Notes: a model not told the origin generated them from the sequence alone. DNA of 64,000 nt from an uncultured Mycoplasmatota bacterium (GCA_900549285.1 URNW01000002.1:15450-79449); one strand, 5' to 3'. Counted from the stretch's first letter, positions 16,879-28,353 are shown. Numbers and translations: made by a program.

Positions 16879-17663
16879 TATTTTTCACCTAAAAAAATAT
16901 CATATTTTTCATTATCAATTAATACTTTATAAGCACGATTTAAAATATCTACATTTACTACTGTACCCGTTCCATATTCTGTTGAAACAGTTTCTCCGAT
17001 ACTAGGTAATCCTGCATTACAACGTGTATATTCTTGATCTTCATAAGTTAAGCAACACAAAAGCCTTCCACATAATCCATTAATTTTAGACGGATTTAAA
17101 GCTAAGCCTTGATTCTTTGCCATATTCATAGATACAGAATCTATATGATTAAGAAAGTTAGCACAACATATTTTTTGACCACATGTTCCTACGCCACCTA
17201 TTTCCCTAGCTTTATCTCTAGCTCCTATTTGTCGTAATTCAATCCTAGTACGATAAATAGATGCTAGTCTTTTGGCTAATTCTCTAAAGTCAATTCTTTC
17301 GTCAGCTAGAAAGTTAAAAATTAATTGTTTGCGATCAAAAGTATAACTGGCATTAATCATTTTCATATCTAAATTTAGTTCTTTTACAATTTCTCGGCAA
17401 TGTTTTAATGCTTGATCTGCATCCTTTAAATTTTTTAAATATTCTTCATAATCTTTTTTAGTTGAAATTCTAAGTATATCCTTTAATTCTTCAACGTTTT
17501 TTATATTTTCATTATTAATATAACTTACTATTTTGCCAAATTGAAGTCCTTTTTCAGTTTCAGTAATGACAGTAACGTTAATTGGACAACGAGTTTTACT
17601 TTTAAAGTTATATATTTTGCCGTTATCTTTAAAATTTACACCATATATGTAGTATTTATCCAT
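16878..17663 (-). CDS. ricT: PSP1-domain stage 0 sporulation protein RicT/YaaT
   Basis: PSP1 C-terminal Cys cluster (GVGTCGQKICCANF...LCGRLLCCLTYE). Lies downstream of holB. Confidence 0.85.
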   Translation of the reverse strand: MDKYYIYGVNFKDNGKIYNFKSKTRCPINVTVITETEKGLQFGKIVSYINNENIKNVEELKDILRISTKKDYEEYLKNLKDADQALKHCREIVKELNLDMKMINASYTFDRKQLIFNFLADERIDFRELAKRLASIYRTRIELRQIGARDKAREIGGVGTCGQKICCANFLNHIDSVSMNMAKNQGLALNPSKINGLCGRLLCCLTYEDQEYTRCNAGLPSIGETVSTEYGTGTVVNVDILNRAYKVLIDNEKYDIFLGEK

Positions 17664-17664
17664 T

Positions 17665-18525
17665 TTACTTCCTCATTTCTAAAACAAATTTATCTAATAA
17701 TAACTCTATATTTACATTATAACTCAATTCTTGAAGAATTTTGGAAACAATATTTAATTTTGAAAAAATTTCTTCTTTTTGATTATCGTTTTCAAAGTTG
17801 TCTATTAATTCGTTATTATATGGCTTACTTAGTGATTTTAAAAATATATTATAATATATTTCAAATATAATTTTAAACATAGTTTCTATTTCTGTTCTTT
17901 CTTTATATTTGCTTAAAATAAGTTCTTTATTATTGATAAAATTATTTGACTCTATTTGCTTTAAATATTCTTGTATTAGAGTTTTATAATTATTTAACTC
18001 ATTTTCAGATATATTTAATTTCTCTAGTAAATTGTCATTTTCATAATTTACTACAATTATCTGGCATCTACTTTTTATTGTAGGTATTATTACATCTTTA
18101 TTATTTGTAATAAAAAAACCTAATATGCCTGCTGTTGGTTCTTCGACAAATTTTAACATAGCATTTGCACTACTACTATTTAATTTTTCAGCATTTTTTA
18201 TAATATAAACATTATATTTGCTATATATGGGTTTGGTTTCAAATGATAACTTTAATGTTTCTATTTGGTTCTTTTTTATACTTGCTCCTTCAGGTTCTAT
18301 GGTTATTATACTTGGTAAATTATCTTTTGTAATTAGGTTACATAAATTACAACTTTGACAATGTTCTTTATATTCATTAGGGCAATTGATGGCTTTTATT
18401 AATTTTTTTAGATCATCTAATAATCTAGTAGAGTTATTTGTTTCAATTAAATAAGCGTGAGCAAGTTTTTTCTCACGATATTGATTATAAATTTCTGATA
18501 GATTATTATTAAACAATGAAATCAC
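17665..18525 (-). CDS. holB: DNA polymerase III subunit delta prime
   Basis: AAA+-like fold without an intact Walker A, a Cys module (CPNEYKEHCQSCNLC) and SRCQII. Synteny holB-ricT. Confidence 0.8.
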   Translation of the reverse strand: MISLFNNNLSEIYNQYREKKLAHAYLIETNNSTRLLDDLKKLIKAINCPNEYKEHCQSCNLCNLITKDNLPSIITIEPEGASIKKNQIETLKLSFETKPIYSKYNVYIIKNAEKLNSSSANAMLKFVEEPTAGILGFFITNNKDVIIPTIKSRCQIIVVNYENDNLLEKLNISENELNNYKTLIQEYLKQIESNNFINNKELILSKYKERTEIETMFKIIFEIYYNIFLKSLSKPYNNELIDNFENDNQKEEIFSKLNIVSKILQELSYNVNIELLLDKFVLEMRK

Positions 18526-18529
18526 ATCC

Positions 18530-18724
18530 TTAAATTAGTAAATATACTACTACTAATCCTAGTATTCCTGGGGATCCTAATAAAGTTACAAGAACAATTG
18601 TGATTATATTTATCGGTATAAATATATTTATTCCTGATAAAATTAAATTTAGGCCATATAACATTACAAACGCAAAACATAATTTACTGAGGATTTTAAG
18701 GATTTTCTTTTTCATTTTCATCAC
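18530..18724 (-). CDS. bofA: pro-sigma-K processing inhibitor BofA
   Basis: Small two-TM protein. IFIPINIITIVLVTLLGSPGILGLVVVYLLI matches the BofA C-terminus (PINLVT...GILGIPG). Lies downstream of recR as in Bacillus. Confidence 0.75.
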   Translation of the reverse strand: MMKMKKKILKILSKLCFAFVMLYGLNLILSGINIFIPINIITIVLVTLLGSPGILGLVVVYLLI

Positions 18725-18752
18725 AGTAAATTATATGTTTATATATATTTTT

Positions 18753-19355
18753 TTATTCTGATATTTTTTTTCGATCTTCCAGTGCTTTTTCTAAAGTAAC
18801 ATTATCTAAATAGTCAATTTCCGCTCCAATTGGTATTCCATATGATAATCTAGATATCGTTACTTTTTTATTTTCTAATATTTTTTTAATATACAGTGTG
18901 GTTGCTTCTCCTTCCACTGTTGGTTTTAGTGCTAAAATTAGCTCGGGATTATCTAATTTTTCAATTCTAGATAACAAAGAAGATAAATTAATATCTTCAG
19001 GACCTATATCATCCATAGGTGATATTAAACCATTTAATACATGATATGTACCTTGAAAAGTTCCTGTTTTCTCAAATGAAAATATACTTTTATAATCTTC
19101 AATTACACATATCACATTTTTATTTCGATTTTCATCACTACAGATATTGCAAATTTCTTGGTCTGTTAAATGTCCACAGATAGAACATCTAGTAAGATTT
19201 TTTTTAGCTTCTATCATTGCTTTACTAAAGTCATTTACTTCTTCTTCACTAAATTCCAATGTTGCTATTGCTAATCTTTCAGCACTTTTTTCTCCTATTC
19301 CTGGTAATTTTTGATAATGGTTAATTAATATTTCTAAGTCTTTAGGATAGTTCAT
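18753..19355 (-). CDS. recR: recombination protein RecR
   Basis: HhH N-terminus (LPGIGEKSAERLA), C4 zinc finger (CSICGHL...CNICSD) and a Toprim domain. Confidence 0.95.
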   Translation of the reverse strand: MNYPKDLEILINHYQKLPGIGEKSAERLAIATLEFSEEEVNDFSKAMIEAKKNLTRCSICGHLTDQEICNICSDENRNKNVICVIEDYKSIFSFEKTGTFQGTYHVLNGLISPMDDIGPEDINLSSLLSRIEKLDNPELILALKPTVEGEATTLYIKKILENKKVTISRLSYGIPIGAEIDYLDNVTLEKALEDRKKISE

Positions 19356-19654
19356 TAGAATAAGCCATTAAATGATGAGCCATAAGCTCCCATTTTATCT
19401 TCTACTTCTTTATCGATTTTCTTTACAGCATCATTTATAGCTATTTTTATCATATCTTCTAGCATTTCTTTATCATCATTTTCAATTATTCCATCAAAAA
19501 TTACTTTTACTTTTTCTACTTCTTTTTTACCATTCATTTCAACTTTTATCCATTCTGATGTACCTTCAAATGTTGTATTATCAATTTCTTCTTTCTTTTT
19601 AGTAATTTCTTTTTGCATTTTTTGGGCTTGAGCCATTAAATTTTGAATATTCAT
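19355..19654 (-). CDS. ybaB: nucleoid-associated protein YbaB/EbfC
   Basis: 99 aa with MAQAQKMQKE at the N-terminus. Sits in the dnaX-ybaB-recR synteny. Confidence 0.9.
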   Translation of the reverse strand: MNIQNLMAQAQKMQKEITKKKEEIDNTTFEGTSEWIKVEMNGKKEVEKVKVIFDGIIENDDKEMLEDMIKIAINDAVKKIDKEVEDKMGAYGSSFNGLF

Positions 19655-19669
19655 TTTTTTCCTTCTTTC

Positions 19670-21277
19670 TTATTCTATTTCTATTTTTTCTTTATCAAAT
19701 ATATCATAAGCGATTTTTTCAATATTATCAACATTATTTTCGCTTTCTTTTTCAATTATTGGTTCTTCTATATAATGATATTCTACTTTATTTTTTAAAT
19801 TAGTAATATATCTTTCTTTTTCTTCATTCCAATAGATTTCTGTTAAAGTAATAAACTTATAGTTAGTTTGAAATTTATGATTATATAGTGTTTCTAGTTC
19901 TATTAATTTTGTATTAATTAAATTTGCTGTTCCTTCTAGTTTACTTGTTAAAATGGCAATTTGATCACTTGCTGTTACGACATTACAATCTATTATTAAA
20001 TTTAATAGATTCTTATCTTCTAGGGTTGATATAAATTCTATCCAATTAGTTTTTACTTGTTGTAAATACTCTTTTTTGGCATTAACAAAGCAATTATTTA
20101 CTCTTATTTTAGGTAACTCAGAGTTTGTTTTAATAGGTGAAATTATTTCCTGGGAAATAATTGGTTCTTCTTTTGGTTTTTCTTCATCTATTTTTTTAGT
20201 TATATGAGTTTCTTGGGAAATAATATTATTTTCTATTGCAGGTGTTGCAATTGTTGAATTAAAATACTTTAATAATGTTATTTCAATCAGTAAATAAGGA
20301 TCTATACTCATATTCACATAGTTAGAAATATCTGCTAGAGAAAAGGCTAATTCTTTTAACTTTTCATATGGTAATCCTTTATAATTATAATCTTTCTTTG
20401 AGTTTAAGGCTTCTTCTTCGATTTTTTCTAATAATTTTTTTATCAATAATTTATAGTCAATTGCTAGTTCTTTTAATTTTTTCATAGTATTATCAAAGTT
20501 ATCCACATCATTTTTTAAAATTAAAGCATATAAATCATTAATTTGTTTTTTAGATACGGAACCAAAGTGCTCAATAACATCATTGATCGTTATTTTACTT
20601 GTATTACTTGAAAGCTGATCTAATATACTTAAAGCATCTCTCATTCCACCATCACTAATATAGGCTATCTCTTCTAAAGCTTCTTCTTCGATTTTTATAT
20701 TTTCGTTTTTTGTTACATATTCCAATCTTTTTATGATATCTTTTATTGAGATTTTATGAAAATCAAAACGCTGACATCTAGATAATATAGTAATTGGAAC
20801 AGCTTCAATATTTGTTGTTGCAAGAATAAAAACTACATGTTTTGGAGGTTCTTCTAAAGTAAGCAAGAGAGCATTAAAAGCACTAGTACTAAGCATGTGA
20901 ACTTCATCAATTATATATACTTTATATTTTGAGTAAGCGGGAGCCAATTTAATATTATTTATGATTTCTCTTATTTCATCCACACCATTATTAGAAGCTG
21001 CATCTATTTCAATAATATCTGCATTTTCTTTAAATGTTCGACAACTTTCACATTCGTTACATGGGCCATTTTCTGTAGGATTTAAGCAATTGATTGCTTT
21101 AGCAAATACTTTAGCTGTACTTGTTTTTCCTGTTCCTCTTGGACCAGAAAATATATACGCATGTGATATTTTATTCATTTTGATGGCATTTTTTAATATT
21201 GAAATCATATATTCTTGACCAATAATACTTGAAAAATCATCAGGTCTATATTTTCGATATAATACTTTATAATCCAT
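19670..21277 (-). CDS. dnaX: DNA polymerase III subunit gamma/tau
   Basis: Walker A GPRGTGKTS, zinc module CNECESC, DEVHML and SRCQRFDF. Confidence 0.95.
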   Translation of the reverse strand: MDYKVLYRKYRPDDFSSIIGQEYMISILKNAIKMNKISHAYIFSGPRGTGKTSTAKVFAKAINCLNPTENGPCNECESCRTFKENADIIEIDAASNNGVDEIREIINNIKLAPAYSKYKVYIIDEVHMLSTSAFNALLLTLEEPPKHVVFILATTNIEAVPITILSRCQRFDFHKISIKDIIKRLEYVTKNENIKIEEEALEEIAYISDGGMRDALSILDQLSSNTSKITINDVIEHFGSVSKKQINDLYALILKNDVDNFDNTMKKLKELAIDYKLLIKKLLEKIEEEALNSKKDYNYKGLPYEKLKELAFSLADISNYVNMSIDPYLLIEITLLKYFNSTIATPAIENNIISQETHITKKIDEEKPKEEPIISQEIISPIKTNSELPKIRVNNCFVNAKKEYLQQVKTNWIEFISTLEDKNLLNLIIDCNVVTASDQIAILTSKLEGTANLINTKLIELETLYNHKFQTNYKFITLTEIYWNEEKERYITNLKNKVEYHYIEEPIIEKESENNVDNIEKIAYDIFDKEKIEIE

Positions 21278-21299
21278 AATTCCACCCCGTTTAATTATA

Positions 21300-21734
21300 T
21301 CATATTCCCCTTTTATTGTCTCTTTTCTTTTTAAAAAAGTTATTTAAAACTTTAACGTACTTTTGTTCGTTTTTTGTGTTATTTAATTTATTAAAAATTG
21401 TTTTATTATATTCCTTTTTAGTTTCTGGTTTATTTAAAAGATAGTATACATTTCTAATTCTTGATTGTTTAATTATATTTTCACAAATACTACATGGTTT
21501 TAAGGTTACATATAGATCACAATCAAATAACCGCCAATCTTTTAATTTTTTAGTTGCTTTATTTATTGCTATTATTTCTGCATGTCCTAAAATGCTATTC
21601 TTTTTATTTCTATTATTATAAGCTTTTACTAAAATCTTATTATTTTTGACTATTATGGCACTAATTGGAACTTCATCTTTTTTACTAGCTTTTATAGCTA
21701 ATTTTATTAAAATATCAATATATTTTTGTTGCAT
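21300..21734 (-). CDS. tadA: tRNA-specific adenosine deaminase
   Basis: CDA zinc motifs HAE and PCSIC. Start moved to MQQKYIDIL (21734), since the longer track ORF overlaps the SRP RNA. Confidence 0.85.
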   Translation of the reverse strand: MQQKYIDILIKLAIKASKKDEVPISAIIVKNNKILVKAYNNRNKKNSILGHAEIIAINKATKKLKDWRLFDCDLYVTLKPCSICENIIKQSRIRNVYYLLNKPETKKEYNKTIFNKLNNTKNEQKYVKVLNNFFKKKRDNKRGI

Positions 21735-21753
21735 ATCATCACCCAATAAAAAA

Positions 21754-21824
21754 GTGCACACAAATAGGGATTGATGTGGCTGCTACTTTCCAGTCCTGAC
21801 CAGTTTACAATATATCTGTTGCAC
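21754..21824 (-). ncRNA. ffs: small SRP RNA (4.5S/scRNA type)
   Basis: The minus strand reads GUGCAACAGAUA...CUGGUCAGGACUGGAAAGUAGCAGCCACA...UAUUUGUGUGCAC followed by a U-run. This matches the conserved domain IV (GGUCAGGuCCGGAAGGAAGCAGCCA), and the terminal arms pair. Confidence 0.7.
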
Positions 21825-21864
21825 ATATATAATTTACCATAATTTTATTTAAAATGCAAGTATA

Positions 21865-22262
21865 TGTTTCACGTGAAACTATATTTTCTTTATTTTTTTA
21901 ATGTTTCACGTGAAACATTATGTTAGTAACTTATTTTTTATATTTATAAAACTTATAATATGTTGTTTTAATAGAGTAAAATACAATTTTGCTTTATTAG
22001 ATATTAAATATTTCAACACTTATATTTTTTTATTTTACAAAGCAATCTTTTGGAGAATTTATTTTGTATAAGTATATTTATTTTTAAATACTTTATAAAT
22101 TTTTAGTTTTATTTGTAAAAAGTTTTTAAGTAGAGGATATATGTTTCACGTGAAACATTGTGGATAACTATATATATTAAAATTATTTTCTTACCATTTT
22201 TATTATTTATAGTTTCACGTGAAACATTTTTATTTTTCCCTATTATTTTACAGTTATCCACA
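21865..22262. promoter_or_regulatory. cluster of four parS (Spo0J/ParB) sites with two perfect DnaA boxes
   Basis: parS sites: TGTTTCACGTGAAACt at 21865..21880; TGTTTCACGTGAAACA at 21902..21917 and at 22142..22157; aGTTTCACGTGAAACA at 22211..22226. DnaA boxes: TGTGGATAA at 22159..22167 and TTATCCACA at 22254..22262. Confidence 0.75.
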
Positions 22263-22340
22263 ATTATTTTTATATTTAAAAAAAAGTAAAATTGATCATA
22301 AAAAAACTGTAATTTATTCATGATTACAGTTTAATTAGAT

Positions 22341-24794
22341 CTATTCTTCATTTGTTTCTTTTTCAGCTTCATTTTCTTCTGTTGGTTCTTCTTCTTTTTC
22401 TACTAAGCTAAAAGTTGTAACAAATTGATCATCTTTTAAATTAATTAATCTTACTCCTTGAGTAACTCTTCCTAAGGTATTAATTTGATCTAAAGTCATA
22501 CGCATTGTAGTTCCAGTATTTGTCATAATAACCAATTCTTTATTTTCATCTACTACTTTAACAGAAGCAATATTACCATTTTTATCAGTAATATTCAAAG
22601 CTTTAACACCTTTACTTCCTCGGCTTGTTTCTCTAAAATCGCTTACTAATGTCTTTTTTCCATATCCTTTAACAGTTACCAACAATATTTTATCATCTTC
22701 ATTTACTACTTCTGCACAAATACATTTACTTCCATCTAAATTAATTCCTTTTACTCCACTTGCGGTTCTTCCCATTGCTCTTATTTTATCTTCTTTAAAT
22801 TTAACCATTCTACCAGTTTCACTACCTAAAAGAATATAATTATTTCCATTTGTTCGTTTTACCGCGATTAACTCATCATTGTCTTTTAGATTAATACAGA
22901 TTTTTCCAGACGTACGTATGTTTGCAAACTCTTCAATGGCTGTTTTCTTTACTAATCCATCTTTTGTTACAAATAATAAGTATTTAGTATCATCCTTAGA
23001 AGATATTCCTAGAATAGAGCTTATTGTTTCATCTTTTTCAAGTGGTAATAAATTAATTACTGGCAATCCTTTTGATTGACGATTAAATTCAGGTATTTCG
23101 TAGCCTTTGATACGGTATACTTTACCTTTATTTGTAAAGAACATAACATAATCATGAGAAGAGATATTAATTATATTTTCGACAAAATCTTCATCATTTG
23201 TTGTCATACCTTTAATACCCATTCCGCCACGTTTTTGAGCTTTAAATGTATCAGATGTTGTTCTTTTAATATAACCCTTATTTGTCATAGCTATTAGTAC
23301 ATTTTCCTCTGGTATTAAAGATTCATCTTCTATATATTCAATCGCAGTCATATCAATATCGGTACGGCGTTTATCGCCATATTTTTCTTTTATTTCTAGT
23401 AATTCATCTTTTATTATACTTAGAACTTTTTCTTCTGATGATAAAATTGATCGTAACTCATCAATTAGTTTCAACAATTCATTTAATTCTTCTTCAATTT
23501 TTTCTCTTTCTAAGCCTGTTAATCTTCTTAGGCGCATTTCTAAAATTGCTTCGGCTTGAATATCACTTAAATTAAAGTTATTCATTAATCCCGCTTTTGC
23601 TTCTTCATCAGATTGTGAGCCCCTGATTAACTTTATTACAGCATCAATATGATCTAGGGCTATTTTTAAGCCTTCTAAAATGTGTACTCGCTTTTCTGCT
23701 TTATCCAAATCAAATTGAGTTCTTCTTATAATAACTTCTTTTTGATAATCGATATACTTAGATATAATGTCTTTTAATCCTAATGTTTTTGGAACCCCAT
23801 TATCAAGCATTAAGAAAATGATACCATAGGTTGTTTGAAAAGCGGTGTGTTTATATAATTTATTTAATATTACACTTGCATTTGCGTCTTTTTTTAAGCT
23901 GATGGTAATTTTAATTCCTTCTTTTAAATCAGAATGGTAATCTGTTATTCCCTCTAATACTTTATTGTGTACTAATTCTGCTACTTTGTTTTTTAACTCT
24001 AAAGTGTTTACACCATAAGGAACTTCCTCAACTATGATATATTGACGACCATTTTTTTCTTCAATATGGGCTCTACTTCTAATAGTGATTGTTCCTCGAC
24101 CTGTTTCATAAGCTTTCTTGATTCCACTATTTCCTAGGATAAGGGCTCCTGTTGGAAAATCGGGGCCTTTAATATACTGCATTAATCCTGCTACATCTAT
24201 ATCAGGATTATCAATATAAGCTACACAACCATCTATTACTTCACCTAGATTGTGAGGAGGAATATTAGTTGCCATACCAACCGCTATTCCCATTGTTCCA
24301 TTTACTAACAAATTTGGAAACCTTGATGGTAAAACTTCTGGTTCTTTGGTTGTTTCATCATAATTTGGAATAAAGTTTACAGTATTTTTATTAATATCTC
24401 TTAATAATTCCATAGATATTTTAGGCAATTTTGCTTCGGTATAACGATAGGCAGCGGCTCTATAGCCATCAATATTACCAAAATTTCCATGACCATCTAC
24501 TAACATATAACGGTAATTAAAATCTTGGGCCATTCGAACCATTGCTTCATAGATACTTGAGTCTCCGTGTGGGTGATATTTACCCATTACATCACCGACA
24601 ATAGTTGCAGACTTACGATATTGTTTATCTGGTGTCAAACCATTTTGAAGCATATCATATAAAATACGACGGTGAACTGGTTTTAGGCCATCTCTTAAAT
24701 CTGGCAATGCCCGTGAAACAATTACACTCATGGAATATTCCAAAAAGGAATTTTTAATTTCTGTTACAATATTATTTTGTTCTAATCTATCCAT
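22341..24794 (-). CDS. gyrA: DNA gyrase subunit A
   Basis: 817 aa with the [21 protein letters not shown], the active-site Tyr context [10 protein letters not shown] and a beta-pinwheel C-terminal domain. Confidence 0.97.
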   Translation of the reverse strand: MDRLEQNNIVTEIKNSFLEYSMSVIVSRALPDLRDGLKPVHRRILYDMLQNGLTPDKQYRKSATIVGDVMGKYHPHGDSSIYEAMVRMAQDFNYRYMLVDGHGNFGNIDGYRAAAYRYTEAKLPKISMELLRDINKNTVNFIPNYDETTKEPEVLPSRFPNLLVNGTMGIAVGMATNIPPHNLGEVIDGCVAYIDNPDIDVAGLMQYIKGPDFPTGALILGNSGIKKAYETGRGTITIRSRAHIEEKNGRQYIIVEEVPYGVNTLELKNKVAELVHNKVLEGITDYHSDLKEGIKITISLKKDANASVILNKLYKHTAFQTTYGIIFLMLDNGVPKTLGLKDIISKYIDYQKEVIIRRTQFDLDKAEKRVHILEGLKIALDHIDAVIKLIRGSQSDEEAKAGLMNNFNLSDIQAEAILEMRLRRLTGLEREKIEEELNELLKLIDELRSILSSEEKVLSIIKDELLEIKEKYGDKRRTDIDMTAIEYIEDESLIPEENVLIAMTNKGYIKRTTSDTFKAQKRGGMGIKGMTTNDEDFVENIINISSHDYVMFFTNKGKVYRIKGYEIPEFNRQSKGLPVINLLPLEKDETISSILGISSKDDTKYLLFVTKDGLVKKTAIEEFANIRTSGKICINLKDNDELIAVKRTNGNNYILLGSETGRMVKFKEDKIRAMGRTASGVKGINLDGSKCICAEVVNEDDKILLVTVKGYGKKTLVSDFRETSRGSKGVKALNITDKNGNIASVKVVDENKELVIMTNTGTTMRMTLDQINTLGRVTQGVRLINLKDDQFVTTFSLVEKEEEPTEENEAEKETNEE

Positions 24795-24805
24795 ACAAAA
24801 CCTCC

Positions 24806-26719
24806 TTAATAATCTAAGTTCTTAGCATATAAAGCATTGGCGGCAATAAACTCACGACGTGGTTCTACTTCTTCTCCCATTAGTTTAGAGAATATCTCAT
24901 CTGCCGCTATAGCGTCATCTACTGTTATTTGTCTTAAAATTCTTTTATTTATATCCATGGTTGTTTCATTTAATTCTTCAGCATCCATTTCTCCTAAACC
25001 TTTCATACGAGCTATCTCATATTTTGTAGATGGTGATAATGTTGCTAAGTATTCATCTCTTTCAGCTTCATTTAATACGTATTTTATCGTTTTTCCATGC
25101 TTTATAACGAATAATGGAGGTTGGGCTGCATAAACATGTCCTGCTTCTACAATTGGCTTAAAGAAGCGATAAAAAAGGGTTAAAAGTAGAACTCTAATAT
25201 GGGATCCGTCTACATCAGCATCTGTCATAATAATAATTTTATGATATCTTAATTTATCTAAATTAAAATCATCCCCAATACCTGTTCCAAAAGCCGTGAT
25301 AATTGTTCTTATTTCTTCATTTGATAAAGCACGATCTAAACGAGCTTTTTCTACATTTAATATTTTACCTCTTAATGGAAGAATGGCTTGAGTTAAGCTA
25401 TCTCTTCCTTTAATAGCTGATCCTCCTGCTGAATCTCCCTCTACTAAAAATATTTCGCTTACACTAGCATCTTTGCTTTTACAATCTACAAGTTTTCCAA
25501 AGAAATTTGTTACTTCCAAATCTCCTTTTCTTCTTGTCATTTCACGGGCTTTTTTAGCAGCGATTCTAGCACGAGATGCTGTCATACATTTTTCAATTAT
25601 TGTTTTAGCTACACTTGGATTTTCCATTAAAAAGCGTTCAAATCCTTCACTAAAAACATCATTTGCTATTTTTCTTACTTCACTATTTCCTAATTTTGTT
25701 TTAGTTTGTCCTTCAAATTGAGGGTCAGGATGCTTACAAGAAATAATCATAGCAAGTCCTTCACGACAATCATCTCCTGTTAGTGAATCATCATTATCTT
25801 TTAACATTTTATTATTTCTAGCATAATTATTAATAATTTTTGTTAAAGCAAACTTAACACCGTCTTCGTGTGTTCCGCCTTCATAAGTATTTATATTATT
25901 GGTAAAAGAATATAAACTGGAATTATAAGAATCATTATATTGCATAGCTACTTCAATATTTACGCCATTTTCTTCTCCTTCTACATATATTATTTCATCA
26001 TGTAGAGGTTGTTTATTTTTATTTAACATTGCTACATATTCAATAATTCCTCCATTGTAGCAGAATGTAGCTGTTTTACCATCTCCACGTTCATCAATTA
26101 ATATAATTCTTAATCCCTTATTTAAAAAGGCTAGTTCTCTTAAACGATTTTCTAAAGTTTCATAACTGTATTCTGTTGTTTCTTTAAATATTGTTGGATC
26201 GGCTTTAAAAGTTACTGTTGTTCCTGTACGTTCTGTTGCACATTTTTCAGTTACTTTCATTGGAGCTACAGGATGTCCGCCATTCTCAAAACGTTGGTAA
26301 TGAACTTCACCTTCCCTGTAAACTCTAACTTCTAGCCAGCTTGATAAGGCATTAACGACACTTGCTCCAACGCCATGAAGACCACCACTAACTTTATAGC
26401 CTCCACCGCCAAATTTACCACCTGCATGTAAAACAGTAAAAATAGTTTCTATCGTTGATAAACCTGTTTTAGCATTGATTCCAACGGGCATTCCACGTCC
26501 ATCATCTTTTACAGAAACAGAATTATCTTTGTGAATTACTACTTCAATATCATCACAAAATCCTGCTAAAGCTTCATCTACAGCATTATCCACTATTTCC
26601 CATACTAAATGGTGTAATCCTTTTTCACTAGTTGATCCTATATACATTCCTGGACGTTTTCTTACTGCTTCTAGTCCTTCTAATACCTGTATATCACTAT
26701 CTGAATATTCATTTTGCAT
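24806..26719 (-). CDS. gyrB: DNA gyrase subunit B
   Basis: GHKL ATPase ([16 protein letters not shown]), Toprim EGDSAGG and the [10 protein letters not shown] motif. Confidence 0.97.
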   Translation of the reverse strand: MQNEYSDSDIQVLEGLEAVRKRPGMYIGSTSEKGLHHLVWEIVDNAVDEALAGFCDDIEVVIHKDNSVSVKDDGRGMPVGINAKTGLSTIETIFTVLHAGGKFGGGGYKVSGGLHGVGASVVNALSSWLEVRVYREGEVHYQRFENGGHPVAPMKVTEKCATERTGTTVTFKADPTIFKETTEYSYETLENRLRELAFLNKGLRIILIDERGDGKTATFCYNGGIIEYVAMLNKNKQPLHDEIIYVEGEENGVNIEVAMQYNDSYNSSLYSFTNNINTYEGGTHEDGVKFALTKIINNYARNNKMLKDNDDSLTGDDCREGLAMIISCKHPDPQFEGQTKTKLGNSEVRKIANDVFSEGFERFLMENPSVAKTIIEKCMTASRARIAAKKAREMTRRKGDLEVTNFFGKLVDCKSKDASVSEIFLVEGDSAGGSAIKGRDSLTQAILPLRGKILNVEKARLDRALSNEEIRTIITAFGTGIGDDFNLDKLRYHKIIIMTDADVDGSHIRVLLLTLFYRFFKPIVEAGHVYAAQPPLFVIKHGKTIKYVLNEAERDEYLATLSPSTKYEIARMKGLGEMDAEELNETTMDINKRILRQITVDDAIAADEIFSKLMGEEVEPRREFIAANALYAKNLDY

Positions 26720-26721
26720 AT

Positions 26722-27810
26722 TTACTCCTCCTCTACTTTGCCATCAATCACATGAAAAATTTTTGATGTTTCTAATAATTTTTTATCAACATTCGATATT
26801 TCAGTAGTTGTTATGAATGTTTGTAAATCGGTATCAATTAAATTTAAAATATTATTTATTTTCTCTCGATCTAATTCACTAAATAAATCATCTAGAATTA
26901 AAATAGGTTTTTTATGTAATTTAATTTCAATATTTTTGATTTCTGCTAATTTAAAAGAAATAATACTATTTTTTTGTTCACCAACTGATGAAAATTCTTT
27001 TACAACTTCTTCATTAATTTTAAATTCTAGATCATCATGTTGAATTCCAAATAAAGTTTTACCTAAAAATATTTCTCGGGAAATATTTTTTTTAAACATC
27101 TTCATTATTTCTTCTTTGTTTTTTCCTTTAAATTCACTTTTATAAAGGACTTTTAATGAGCCTTTATGGGTGATCTTATAATAAATATCGCTAATATAAG
27201 AATTTATATTGTTGATAAAGTCCTCTCTTATCCACATTATTTTTAATCCAACATCTACTAATTGTTCTGTTAAAATATTTAGAAATGGGGTTTCTAGCTT
27301 TTTCTTTTTACTTAAAGCTTTTAAATAAGCATTTCTTTGTTTTAATATCTTATTATAATTCGTTAATAATTGAAGATATTCACTATTTATACCCGATATT
27401 TCAATATTTAACATTTTTCTTCTTGTACTTGGAGTATCTTTAATCAATTTTAAATCATCTGGATTAAATAAGATTATATTTACCCTCGTAATATAATCGC
27501 TTATTTTGGTTATTTGATTATTATCAATTTTAATTCTTTTACCAGCATTACTTATAATAATTTTGTAATTATTTAAAATTGAATCCTTTATTCTTCCTTC
27601 TATTTTAGCTATATTTTTTCCTCTTTTTATAACTATATCTTCATTATTAGAGCGAAATGTTTTAGTTACTCCTAACATATATATTGCTTCTATTATATTA
27701 GTTTTTCCCATCCCATTTTTTCCATATAGCATATTCATTTTTGAAGAAAAATTTAATTCTAAACTTTCATAATTACGGAAATTTAATAATTTTAAACTAC
27801 TGATTTGCAT
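26722..27810 (-). CDS. recF: DNA replication and repair protein RecF
   Basis: Walker [10 protein letters not shown], an SMC-like signature and Walker B ILILDD. Confidence 0.95.
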   Translation of the reverse strand: MQISSLKLLNFRNYESLELNFSSKMNMLYGKNGMGKTNIIEAIYMLGVTKTFRSNNEDIVIKRGKNIAKIEGRIKDSILNNYKIIISNAGKRIKIDNNQITKISDYITRVNIILFNPDDLKLIKDTPSTRRKMLNIEISGINSEYLQLLTNYNKILKQRNAYLKALSKKKKLETPFLNILTEQLVDVGLKIMWIREDFINNINSYISDIYYKITHKGSLKVLYKSEFKGKNKEEIMKMFKKNISREIFLGKTLFGIQHDDLEFKINEEVVKEFSSVGEQKNSIISFKLAEIKNIEIKLHKKPILILDDLFSELDREKINNILNLIDTDLQTFITTTEISNVDKKLLETSKIFHVIDGKVEEE

Positions 27811-27900
27811 TTTTTAGCTCCTACTTTGCTGATATATAAAAATTAGTGGTATAATCGTACTCCTATACCTATTAATATTATATCATAAAAAAAGACCTTT

Positions 27901-28353
27901 TTAAAGGTATTTTTTATATTTTCGGCTTCTTAAAGATGATTCTAAACGAGTTGCTCTTAGTACTTGTTTATCAAAATTTGTATAACATAGATCTAACTCT
28001 AATTTTTGATCATTTTTAAACATTATTACTACTCTATTTGAAGAATTTATATAGTATTTTAAAATATTATCTAAGACAAACCATTTACAATTAGGATTTT
28101 TATTAGAAAGAGTAGGAACGAGAATTATTCGTTTCATTTCGTCTATTATTATTGGAGGTTTATAGCTGGCTCCTATTAAATAAGAACTTCCCTTTCTTCT
28201 TCCTTCTAAAGTTGATCCATTTAATATACAGTTATGCTCTATTATTTGGATTATTTTTTCTTCTATAATAAAGTCTTTTTCCCATTCTAGTACTCTTGTT
28301 TTTTTATCAATCGGTAAAAGTGCTAATGTTTTTTCAGTAATAATATACGGCAT
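27901..28353 (-). CDS. ComK-family competence transcription factor-like protein
   Basis: Alignable by eye to B. subtilis ComK: TLALLPID; CILNGSTLEGRRKGSSYLIGASYKPPIIIDEMKRIILVPTLSNKNPNCKWF; FDKQVLRATRLESSL. Confidence 0.6.
   Translation of the reverse strand: MPYIITEKTLALLPIDKKTRVLEWEKDFIIEEKIIQIIEHNCILNGSTLEGRRKGSSYLIGASYKPPIIIDEMKRIILVPTLSNKNPNCKWFVLDNILKYYINSSNRVVIMFKNDQKLELDLCYTNFDKQVLRATRLESSLRSRKYKKYL

Noticed and set aside
21865-22226. Four copies of GTTTCACGTGAAAC as a possible mini-CRISPR or REP-type repeat array
   Set aside because: Spacing is irregular (about 21, 224 and 53 nt between copies). The unit is a perfect palindrome identical to the parS consensus, and no cas genes are present.
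22109-22321. 70-aa ORF in the gyrA-tadA intergenic region
   Set aside because: It contains NVSRET twice only because it reads through two parS palindromes. It has no RBS and lies in an AT-rich non-coding context.
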